A DNA stretch of 64,000 nucleotides, taken from assembly GCA_022843125.1 (NCBI GenBank), contig JALHOG010000001.1, positions 6,088 to 70,087 of the forward strand. The letters run 5' to 3'. Positions 29,401-36,900 of this stretch are shown one piece after another. Source of the DNA: Ilumatobacteraceae bacterium (GTDB taxonomy: Bacteria; Actinomycetota; Acidimicrobiia; Acidimicrobiales; Ilumatobacteraceae). Below the pieces are notes generated by a model that saw only the letters and a program-made list of their open reading frames with translations, did no database searches and was not told the origin of the DNA. The stretch's first letter is position 1, and each line of letters begins with the position of its first letter. The position numbers and the translations under genes were made by a program.

Positions 29401-29693
29401 TCTACTATTTCTCGGCGACTGCGGACCAGTACAGCATCGGCACCTACGACGTCGATGTGACCGTGATGAAGGCCAACCACGTGTGGCCGGTTCACCGCGA
29501 CGACTACTACTGGTCCGACTACATCGTCGGGCAGCTCACGTGGCGCAGCGTCCCCGGGGATCACCACTCCATGTTCTATCCGGAGCACGCACCGGCACTG
29601 GCTGCGGCGGTTCGCGCCGTGCTCGACCCGCTCGACGCGGCGAGCGCGCCCCTTGACACAGACGGTGGTCGGGCAGCCGCGGATCGCCCGTGA
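23493..29693 (+). CDS. type I polyketide synthase, KS-AT-KR-DH-CP-TE
   Basis: ORF 23295..29693. ATG 23493 overlaps the upstream stop as ATGA. The KS motif TACSTS has Cys at 24042-24044, followed by EAHGTGT and NIGH. The AT motif GHSLGE has Ser at 25368-25370. The KR has GTYVVTGGLGGIG (26821-26859) and a SYVAAN Tyr at 27315-27317. The DH has HPVF...DDHRTADGTAVLPG with His at 27564-27566, then LGPMW and HPSVVDLATG. The carrier motif FFDLGGHSL has Ser at 28632-28634. The TE has GGYSGGG (29083-29103). Confidence 0.95.
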   Translation: MSVQDDANAETDIAIVGMSGRFPGAPDAEALWERVVAGDDCLADLDPRSLIAAGVDAALVRRPEFVPRAGVIEGVDQFDHDFFGISHRDASVMDPQHRHFMESAWEALESSGNTPEGFDGAIGVFAGSGMNTYLLHNLLTNPSLVEQLGWFLLRHTGNDKDFLTTTLSYRLGLRGPSVNVQTACSTSLVAVHLAVQSLLSFECDLALAGGVTIEFPHGRGYEYREGEILSPNGRCRAFDAASDGTVITGGAAVVALRRLADAQQNGDPILAVIKGSAVNNDGNRKVGYLAPSVDGHADVVKEALTVSGVDPRSIGLLEAHGTGTAVGDPIEVAALTEAFRSGTADQGFCRLVSTKPNIGHLDTAAGTASLIKVVQALRHGILPPLANHTAPSPLLGIERTPFVLSAEAAPWTADGPRRAGVSSLGVGGTNAHVVVEEAPPVPPTPAAVPGQIITLSGSSRAAVDDAAERLAAFIERQPETNLADVAHTMITGRRVHRHRRVVAVTDASSAPAELRSTDRRRCPTAEAPAERPQIAFVFPGGGSQYPGMGAGLDARFDEFHRVRREGIEIVRRLGGADLDPLLSDGGDADLLRQPTASLPAVFITSTALARQWQTWGVEPDVMVGHSLGEYVAAHLAGVISYEDALRLVVVRSALMERAAVGGAAMLVVPLPEAEVVRRLPAELSLATVNTDDECVVAGPADAVSRFADALTGEGIEVTRIPLAAAAHSSMLDGVLDEFEAVVRTVTLHSPQRPYLSNVTGTWITEQQATDPRYWVQHLRGTVRFADGLRTAIGERTTVVVELGPGQTLASYARRSGLPVRAISTLRHPDDLVSDVNHTLGAFAQLWTHGVDVDLDHTTGEGRGEGRRKLRLPTYPFQRVRCWIEPGSGSALGGSNPSASTDIEPAVERFADVDQMGWQLTWVEAPDPERVASERRWIVVGGADAVVDELRCRGRTVVRRDRLVLDDAELVGDESAPVGVLLAGSGGDVEGAMSLWLDQAADAVRWLSNTSTDPRFVALTSAAMPAGGSVTNPIDALAMGAVLVAPREYAGLATALVDVVEGADVDIGAIVDEIEGASGIVVLGDGQRRSPGPVAEAPTSFDAQPGIRHGGTYVVTGGLGGIGEVIAAHLATQHATNLVILTTDDLPRGIDRDRFLRRHAYDHPTCRRLRRIAHLEQLGVKVVVERADVSDPDQIRAALDAAERTVGPIDGAIHAAGRLRDRPIGLATPDDHRFVIEPKVGAAVVLASELARRGADLLVLVSSTSTILAPEGQMSYVAANGVLDAMAGDRNGLRIVTLSSGVWSGLGMATEAGRRSRLALPGGDALEHPVFAEGGLDHRGDFVATGQLHPQHHWVVDDHRTADGTAVLPGTGHVALLLAAARLAGVNHPQLDDVTLIEPLIVPDDRPVTVRVVVERDVDGRRAVRVDSDGGGGAQWTTHSEATVSDGPAAARRIDIDAIVARCGLDAGHPMAAAAEHLVLGPMWQLDGQVWLGDREAFGRVAGGDDTDVDDGWIAHPSVVDLATGVAIALAASEGSQLFVPVAYEAVRLSAPVMGPCVVHATRRPSDTGDLVADIVIANADGTALLTIDGLHLRGIDVSVLSNASQHHTAGAPGGAGTDRGVLDLAEPLGLRPEEALPWFDRLVGSDLDRVIVTSIDLESLRRTEAPAHGGTPAAVDRPGVTAGLDDQLTLMWQELLGVAQVGPDDDFFDLGGHSLMAIRLMTRIKRELGVRFELSTIFEASTVPALAALVRQQRPDIDAALSSSSGEAAAAPLAVGQMPAPVRKQLVTISRRGERRPFYVVHGAGGNVLFLSTLARALAGDRPIHGFQAIGVNEGEIPDRSIEEMAARYVAELREHSPAPYLLGGYSGGGIVALEMVRQLAALGDQVEHLVLFDSAPPGTTWPRFRVRWTRLLRRLLAGEAAPVKAHTIRGVKASLRRVLPERAEQRQEHDLQERALGYAGDDTGFVNLFYYFSATADQYSIGTYDVDVTVMKANHVWPVHRDDYYWSDYIVGQLTWRSVPGDHHSMFYPEHAPALAAAVRAVLDPLDAASAPLDTDGGRAAADRP

Positions 29694-29852
29694 ACACCGG
29701 GAGAACAGAGAGAAATCCGGTAGCGGGGCAGCCGCGCGTTTGATAACCATGTGTGATGACCGGCGGGTCAGCGGTTCAATGCTCGTGCTACGTGGTGCGA
29801 GCAGACCTCATTCGACGGGCATCATCGGTGAGTGGCGGGAAGGAAGCGAGTC

Positions 29853-31166
29853 ATGGAAACACAAGCGATGCAGGTGGCGATCATCGGCACGGGCTACGTC
29901 GGGCTCACCACTGGGGTGTGCCTCGCTCACCTCGGCGCCCACGTGATCTGCTGCGACGTCGACGAGCGCAAGGTCACCCTGCTCAAGAACGGGGTCGTGC
30001 CGATCGTCGAGGACGGCCTCGCCGAGGTCATGCAGGGTGCGATCGACGCCGGACGGCTGTCGTTCGTCGTCGGGAACGATCCGGCGGTCCGCACCGCTGA
30101 TGTCGTCTTCCTCTGCGTGCCGACCCCGCAGGACGAGGACGGCTCCGCCGACCTGTCGTATGTGCGTGCGGCAGCCACCGAGATCGGTCCGATCCTCAAG
30201 CCCGGCGCCGTGGTCGTCAACAAGTCGACCGTGCCGGTCGGTTCGTTCGGTGTCGTCGGAGAGACCCTCGACCGGGACGACGTGTCGGTCGTGTCGAACC
30301 CCGAGTTCCTCCGCGAGGGCACGGCGCTCCACGACTTCCTCAATCCCGACCGGGTCGTGATCGGGTCCGACGACGAGCGGGCAGCGCAGATGGTCGCCGC
30401 CCTGTACGCGGGCCTCGACACCCAGTTCGTCTTCACCGATCCCACGTCGGCCGAGCTCATCAAGTACGCCGCGAACGGGTTCCTCGCGATGAAGATCTCG
30501 TTCATCAACAGCGTGGCCGCACTGTGCGAGCACGTCGGCGCCGACATCGCTCGCGTCGTCGAGGGCATCGGGAGCGACCGCCGGATCGGGTCGCAGTTCC
30601 TCCAGCCCGGCCCCGGCTGGGGCGGGAGTTGCTTCCCGAAGGACTCGCGTGCCCTCGTCTCGACCGCGGCACAGCACGGGTACGACTTCTCGCTCATGCG
30701 CGGCGTGATCGACATCAACGAGCAGCAGTACGACCGCATGGTGCACAAGGTGATGGCGGCTGTCGGTCGTGACGTGTCGCTCGACGGTGTGGTGGTGGGT
30801 GCGCTCGGGCTCACCTTCAAGGCCGGCACCGACGATCTGCGCGAGTCGCCCGGCCTCCGGGTGATCGACGTGCTACGCGCTCGAGGCGCGACGATCCAGG
30901 CCTACGACCCGACGACCACCGGTGAGCTCAACCCGATCCAACGGGAACGGCTCGCCGGGCTCAACCTCAAGGCGGGTGCACTCGATGCAGCGCACGGTGC
31001 CGACGTCGTGGTCATCCTCACCGAGTGGCCCGAGTTCACCACGCTCGATCTGGAGAAGGTGGCGAGCGTCATGCGTGGCGCAGCGGTCGTCGACTGCCGC
31101 AACCTGCTCGATGGAGACCTCGTCCGCAGCGCGGGGCTCGGGTATCAGGGGGTCGGCCGCTCGTGA
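29853..31166 (+). CDS. ugd: UDP-glucose 6-dehydrogenase (UDP-glucose/GDP-mannose dehydrogenase family)
   Basis: ORF 29832..31166. Contains [23 protein letters not shown] and GGSCFPKD with the catalytic Cys. ATG 29853 is preceded by GGAAGGAAG. ATG 29868 is an alternative. UDP-GlcNAc versus UDP-Glc specificity cannot be decided by eye. Confidence 0.85.
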   Translation: METQAMQVAIIGTGYVGLTTGVCLAHLGAHVICCDVDERKVTLLKNGVVPIVEDGLAEVMQGAIDAGRLSFVVGNDPAVRTADVVFLCVPTPQDEDGSADLSYVRAAATEIGPILKPGAVVVNKSTVPVGSFGVVGETLDRDDVSVVSNPEFLREGTALHDFLNPDRVVIGSDDERAAQMVAALYAGLDTQFVFTDPTSAELIKYAANGFLAMKISFINSVAALCEHVGADIARVVEGIGSDRRIGSQFLQPGPGWGGSCFPKDSRALVSTAAQHGYDFSLMRGVIDINEQQYDRMVHKVMAAVGRDVSLDGVVVGALGLTFKAGTDDLRESPGLRVIDVLRARGATIQAYDPTTTGELNPIQRERLAGLNLKAGALDAAHGADVVVILTEWPEFTTLDLEKVASVMRGAAVVDCRNLLDGDLVRSAGLGYQGVGRS

Positions 31167-32140
31167 TCACACATCGCACCTTGGTCGCCGGCGGTGCCGG
31201 CTTCCTCGGGTCGCACCTGTGCGACCTGTTGATCGAGCGCGGCGACCATGTCGTGTGCGTCGACGACTGCAGCACCGGCCGGATCGAGAACATCGAGCAC
31301 CTGGTCGATCACGATCGCTTCCGTTTCATCCATCATGACGTCGTGCAACCGGGGCTCGACGAGCTCGTCGCCGGCGTATGGGCAGGCGAGCACCCGACCC
31401 GGGTGATGCACATGGCGAGCCCGGCCTCCCCGCCGGAGTACCTGCGCCGTCCGATCGACACCTTGGAGGTCGGCAGCGTCGGGACGAAGCGCCTCCTCGA
31501 CCTGGCGCTCGTCGCGGGCGCACGGTTCTTCCTCGCCTCCACCAGCGAGGTCTACGGCGACCCGCTCGTGCATCCCCAGCCCGAAACGTACTGGGGCAAC
31601 GTCAACCCGATCGGCGAACGCTCGGTGTACGACGAGTCGAAGCGCTACGCCGAGGCGATCACGATGGCCTACCACCGCGAGTTCGACCTCGACATCCGGA
31701 TCGTGCGCATCTTCAACACGTACGGTCCGCGCATGCAGGCCGACGACGGCCGCGTCGTGACGAACTTCGTCAACCAAGCGCTGCGCGGCGATCCGCTCAC
31801 CGTGTTCGGCGACGGCAAGCAGACCCGCAGCTTCTGCTACGTCGACGACGAGGTGCGAGGGTTGCTCGCACTGATGGAGGGCCCGGTCACAGGGCCGGTC
31901 AACATCGGCAACCCCGGCGAGTTCACGATGATCGAGTTCGCCGAACTCGTGCTCGAGCTCACCGGGTCGCCATCGGTGATCGAGCATCGGCCATTGCCCT
32001 CCGATGATCCGAAGGTGCGTCAGCCCGACATCACGATCGCCCGAGACGTCCTCGGCTGGGAACCGACGATCGAGCTCCGCGACGGCCTCACCCGCACGAT
32101 CGACTGGTTCCGGGCGAAGTCGGCCGAGCGCGTCGCTTGA
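31163..32140 (+). CDS. uxs: UDP-glucuronate decarboxylase (UDP-xylose synthase family)
   Basis: Part of ORF 31025..32140. Contains [15 protein letters not shown] and [39 protein letters not shown], typical of UXS. GTG 31163 overlaps the ugd stop as GTGA. Confidence 0.85.
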   Translation: MITHRTLVAGGAGFLGSHLCDLLIERGDHVVCVDDCSTGRIENIEHLVDHDRFRFIHHDVVQPGLDELVAGVWAGEHPTRVMHMASPASPPEYLRRPIDTLEVGSVGTKRLLDLALVAGARFFLASTSEVYGDPLVHPQPETYWGNVNPIGERSVYDESKRYAEAITMAYHREFDLDIRIVRIFNTYGPRMQADDGRVVTNFVNQALRGDPLTVFGDGKQTRSFCYVDDEVRGLLALMEGPVTGPVNIGNPGEFTMIEFAELVLELTGSPSVIEHRPLPSDDPKVRQPDITIARDVLGWEPTIELRDGLTRTIDWFRAKSAERVA

Positions 32141-32142
32141 CG

Positions 32143-32697
32143 TCACGCCTCGACGCATGCGTCGGAGGCGGACCCGCTCGGCTCCGGCGTCCAGAAGGTG
32201 CAGGCGCCGGCGGCAGCGAGGAGCACGTACTCGATCAGGGTGCCGACGCGCAGGTCGAAGATCTCGCGCCGGTAGAGCAGCGAGTCGACCTGGTGGAGGG
32301 ACACGGTCCTGACTGCGACGTACGCACCGACCGTGAGCACCATCACCGTCATCGGGAGATAACGCCGCCGGCGCTCCGGGATCCGCCAACACGCTGCGGC
32401 GACCGAGACCAACCAGGCACCTCCGACGGCCAGCACCACGGCGGCCTGGAGCGGCCGCCGAGCGTCGTACCAGCCGGCTTCGTATGCTTCGCCACGCACC
32501 TGATCGATGACCCATTCCGCGAGCCCCTGCGCTCGGCCGAGGGCCATCACGAAGAACACCCAGGCGGTCATCAGCCAGAACGGCCGCCAGGTCGCCGGAT
32601 CGGCACGGTCTTCACGCCGGCCGGCGAGCAGCGCCAGGACGCCGACCGCGACGTACGCCAACAGACGGAGCCAGTTCTGGTCGGCCCACTGGAGCAT
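32143..32697 (-). CDS. integral membrane protein, unknown function
   Basis: ORF track, 184 aa with about 5 hydrophobic segments. It starts 3 nt after the stop of the PLP-enzyme gene. No family recognised. Confidence 0.5.
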   Translation of the reverse strand: MLQWADQNWLRLLAYVAVGVLALLAGRREDRADPATWRPFWLMTAWVFFVMALGRAQGLAEWVIDQVRGEAYEAGWYDARRPLQAAVVLAVGGAWLVSVAAACWRIPERRRRYLPMTVMVLTVGAYVAVRTVSLHQVDSLLYRREIFDLRVGTLIEYVLLAAAGACTFWTPEPSGSASDACVEA

Positions 32698-32700
32698 GGC

Positions 32701-33906
32701 TCACCCGAACGTCGCGTCGAGTGCGGCGGTGAGATCGGCGACGAGGTCGCCGGGATCTTCGAGACCGACGGAGAAGCGCAGGTGGCCGAGCCGCCGGAAC
32801 GGTTCCGGATAGTAGGCGACCCTGGGTCCGTCGGTGCCGACATGGACGATCAGCGATTCGTCGTGGCCGAGCGACACCGCCGACGTGATCACACGCAGGT
32901 TCGCGACGAATCGGTTCTGGGTTGCCGGGTCGCCGTCGACGGCGAACGCCATCATCGCGCCGAAGCCACGACCGCCGAACTGGCGCACCGCCAGCGCGTG
33001 CTGTGGATGGGCATCGAGGCCCGGGTACGCCACGTAGGCCACCCGAGCGTCGGCGGCGAGCGCTTCGGCGAGGTGCACTGCGGTGTCCATCTGGCGCTGT
33101 AGCCGGAGCGGCAGGGTGATCGAACCGCGAGCGATGAGCCACGCGTTGAACGGTGAGATCACGCCGCCGACGTCGACCATCGCATCGGTCTTGATCGGCT
33201 GGACGAGCTCGCGCCTTCCGATCACGGCGCCACCCATCGCGTCGCCATGGCCGTTGATGAACTTCGTGAGCGAGTGCACCACGAGGTCGGCGCCGTCGGC
33301 GAGCGGGCGGTAGAGCGGGGGCGGCGAGAACGTCGAGTCGACCGAGACGATCGCCCCTGCGGCATGCGCGAGTTCGGCGACCGCAGCGATGTCGGTCACG
33401 CGGGTCGTCGGGTTGGCGATCACTTCGAGGTGGACGAGCTTCGTGTCGGGTCGGATTGCCGCACGCACCGCATCGAGGTCGGACGTGTCGACGAAGGTCG
33501 CCTCGATGCCGTACCGCTCGGGGAGGAGGTCACGGAAGAGACGGAACACCGCCTCGTACGCGATGTCGGCGACGACGACGTGATCACCGGTGCGGAGATG
33601 GGTGAAGAACACGGCGTGCAGCGCAGCAACGCCCGATGCCAGGACGACGGCGTCCTCGCCACCGTCGAGCACCGCCAGCTTCTGCTGCAGGGCCAGCTGG
33701 TTGGCACCTGAGTTGCGCGTGTACAGGGGGATGTCGGTGCCCGACCAACTGATCGCCGACGGGTCGTCGGGCAGGGCGTACGAGTTCGCCATGACGATGG
33801 GGGAGCGGATCGCCCCCGAGCCAGCGTCGATCGCGTTACCTGCATGGACTGCCTGGGTGGCGAACGCCAGCGTGGTCGGGTCGTGCTTGTCGGGTCGCGG
33901 CGTCAC
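32701..33906 (-). CDS. Cys/Met-metabolism PLP-dependent enzyme (cystathionine gamma-synthase / gamma-lyase / O-acylhomoserine sulfhydrylase fold)
   Basis: ORF track. Contains TLAFATQAVHAG...IVMANSY...YTRNSGANQLALQQKLAVLDGGEDAVVLASG...VVHSLTKFINGHGD. The TK in SLTKF is the PLP lysine. It starts 9 nt after the NRPS stop. Confidence 0.85.
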   Translation of the reverse strand: MTPRPDKHDPTTLAFATQAVHAGNAIDAGSGAIRSPIVMANSYALPDDPSAISWSGTDIPLYTRNSGANQLALQQKLAVLDGGEDAVVLASGVAALHAVFFTHLRTGDHVVVADIAYEAVFRLFRDLLPERYGIEATFVDTSDLDAVRAAIRPDTKLVHLEVIANPTTRVTDIAAVAELAHAAGAIVSVDSTFSPPPLYRPLADGADLVVHSLTKFINGHGDAMGGAVIGRRELVQPIKTDAMVDVGGVISPFNAWLIARGSITLPLRLQRQMDTAVHLAEALAADARVAYVAYPGLDAHPQHALAVRQFGGRGFGAMMAFAVDGDPATQNRFVANLRVITSAVSLGHDESLIVHVGTDGPRVAYYPEPFRRLGHLRFSVGLEDPGDLVADLTAALDATFG

Positions 33907-33915
33907 TCACGAATC

Positions 33916-36900
33916 CTACGGGGCGACGCAGGCAGCGAGCTCGGACTCGATCGCAGCGCCGAGCGCGGACGAGTTCGCCATCTCGACGAGACCGGCGTGC
34001 GTGCCACACACGGCGCGTGTGGTGATCCGGCCGGTCGTGATGCCGAACCAGCCCGTTTCGACGGCGCTGCGCCGATCCGGCGCGTTCCACTCCTCGCTGA
34101 GGATGAGCGCGACGTCCGTGCAGAGGCTGGGGGGTTGATACACGGCGTGGGCCGTCGCGTGTTGCCGCCTGACCTGAGCGATGCGGACCTCGGTCGGCGA
34201 TCCCACCCGCGTCTGAACGACGCGCTCGTACACCAGATGGAGCTGCCATGAGATCGCCTGCCGAAGGCGTCCGTCTCGGAAGTACTGCCATGCACGACGC
34301 ACGGGATGGACGCGGCCACGAGCCGACAACGGTGCACCCGGTGCCTCCGCGTCGACGAGCACCAGCAGATCGGCGGCTTCACCGCGCCGCTCGAGCTGGA
34401 AGACCATCTCGGCGGCGACCGTACCACCGGCGCAGTGGCCGCCGATGAGGTATGGCCCAGCTGGCTGGACATCGCGGATCTCTGCGAGGTAGTGCTCGGC
34501 CATCGCCTCCACGGTGGCGTGAGCCGAGTCCCCGGTGTCGATTCCCTGGGGTTGCAGCACGTAGAGGGGGCGACGGCCGAGCACCTGTCCGAGGTTCGCG
34601 AAGCTCAACGACGTGATGAGGTACGGCGCCACGTAGAAGAAGGGGCGTTCGTCACCCGCCGGCTGGATCGGCACGAGCGAGGTCCACTTCGATGCCGTCC
34701 CTGACTCGACGGCGGTGGCGAACTCCATCAACGTCGGCGTCTGGAAGATCGACGACAACGGGACCTCGACGCCGAGCCGCCGCTCGACCTCGCTGATCAG
34801 TCGGATCGCGAGGAGGGAGTGGCCGCCGAGGTGGAAGAAGTTGTCGTGGCGTCCGATGGTGGGGGTGTCGAGGACGGTGGCCCAGATGGTGGCGATGGTG
34901 GTTTCGGTGCCGGGGTGGGGTGGTTGGTGGGTGGTGTCGTGGTGGGGGGTGTGGTGGGTGGTGGGTGGTGGGAGTTGGTTGCGGTCGATCTTGTTGGTGG
35001 TGGTGAGTGGGAAGGTGTCGAGGGGGACCACGATGGTGGGGATCATGTGGTCGGGGAGGGTGCGTTGGCACCAGGTTCGGATGTCGTGTGGTGTGGGTGG
35101 TGTGGTGTGGGGTGTGGTGGTGATGTAGGCGACGAGGCGGGTGTCGTCGGGGGTGGGTTGGTGGGTGGTGACGGCGCTGGCGGTGATGTTGGGGTGTTGG
35201 TCGAGGGTGGCTTCGATTTCGCCGAGTTCGATGCGTTGGCCGCGGAGTTTGAGTTGGTGGTCGGTGCGGCCGTGGAAGTGGTAGGTGGGGGGTTGGTCGG
35301 GGTTGGTGTGTCGGTGGGCGAGGTCGCCGGTGCGGTACATGCGGTCGCCGGGGTGGAAGGGGTCGGGGAGGAAGCGTTCGGTGGTGAGGTCGGGGCGGTT
35401 GTGGTAGCCGCGGGCGACGCCGTTGCCGGCGATGTAGAGCTCGCCGATGGTGCCGTCGGGGACGGGTTGTTGGTGGTCGTCGAGGACGTAGACGCGTGTG
35501 CCGGGAATCGGCGACCCCAACGCCACCACCGACGCGAGTGCGGCGGAGAACCCGTCGGGCAGTCGCTCGAAGGTCGACCACACCGTGGTCTCGGTCGGGC
35601 CGTAGACGTTGAACACACGGCCGGCGACCCCGGCGAGCTGAGTCGCGAGCTCCGGGGTCATGACCTCGCCGCCGCACACGGCAGTGAGTGAGGAATCGGG
35701 CGGGAGCCCTCCGTCCAGGAGCATTCGCCAGCGGGTCGGTGTCGCCTGCACCAGCGTCGCCCCGTTCGACCGCACGAGGTCGATCAGCGCCCGGGGGTCG
35801 GTCGTCTCATCGCGTGTGGGCACGGTGATCGACGCTCCGACGGCGAGCGGGAGCAGGATCTCCATCAACGAGGGGTCGAAGGACAGTCGAGTGAGCGCCA
35901 CGACGACGTCGTCGTGCGTGAGCTCGAGCCGTGCCTGCGCGCCCACCAGGAAGTGCAGCAACTGGCGTCGCTCGACCAGGACGCCCTTCGGTCGGCCGGT
36001 CGAGCCCGACGTGTACATGATGTAGGCCGAGTCGTGCGGCCCTCCGCGGGGAGCGACTGGGCTGCCGACCGGCTGCGAGAGCACGTCCGAGATGTCGACG
36101 GTGACGGTCGTTCCGGGGCCGGAGTCCTGGTCGCTGCGGGTGGTCGCCGTTCGGTCGACCAGCATGAGCGCACATTCGCTGTCTTCGGTGATGAACCGCA
36201 GACGGTCGACGGGCAGGTCCGGATCGAGCGGAACGAAGGCGGCTCCCGCCCGCAGCACGCCGACGACCGCGGCGATCATCTCGGGGGAACGCTCGAGCCG
36301 GATGCCGACGCGTGTCTCGCGACCGGCACCCCGGTCGATCAGGAATGTCGCGACTCGATCGGCCCAGTCATCGAGTGTCCGGTAGGTGACGGAGTCTCCG
36401 CCGCAACGCACGGCGATCTGCTCAGGGTCGGCGATCGCCCGCTGTCGGAGAGCGCTGTCCGGGTCGGGCATGTCCGAGTTCGGCTCGGCTGCTGCGGCCG
36501 CCCACTCCTGGCGCAATGCAGCCGTCTCGGCACCGGAACACAGGGGGAGCACCACCGTCGAGATCTCCGGCGTCTCGATCCCCGCTTCGAGGATCCGCCA
36601 GAAGCGCTCCAGCGTCTCCTCGATCCGCGCACGATCGAACAGGTCCGTGTCGTACTCGACCACGGCGAGCTGCGCAGCGGTGCTGATCGCGAGCGACAAG
36701 TCGAGCTGCGTCGCTCCGCGGTCGACGTGCACGAACTCGACGTCGACACCATCGAGTTGGGGTAGCCCGAACGGAGCATTCAGAACGTTGAAGAACGTCC
36801 GATAGAGCGCCGGGCGCTCCCGCAGCCCGGCGGTGCCGAGACGCGTGACGACCTGAGCGAACGGTGCGTCCTGATGATCGAACGCTTCGAGCGAGCCTGC

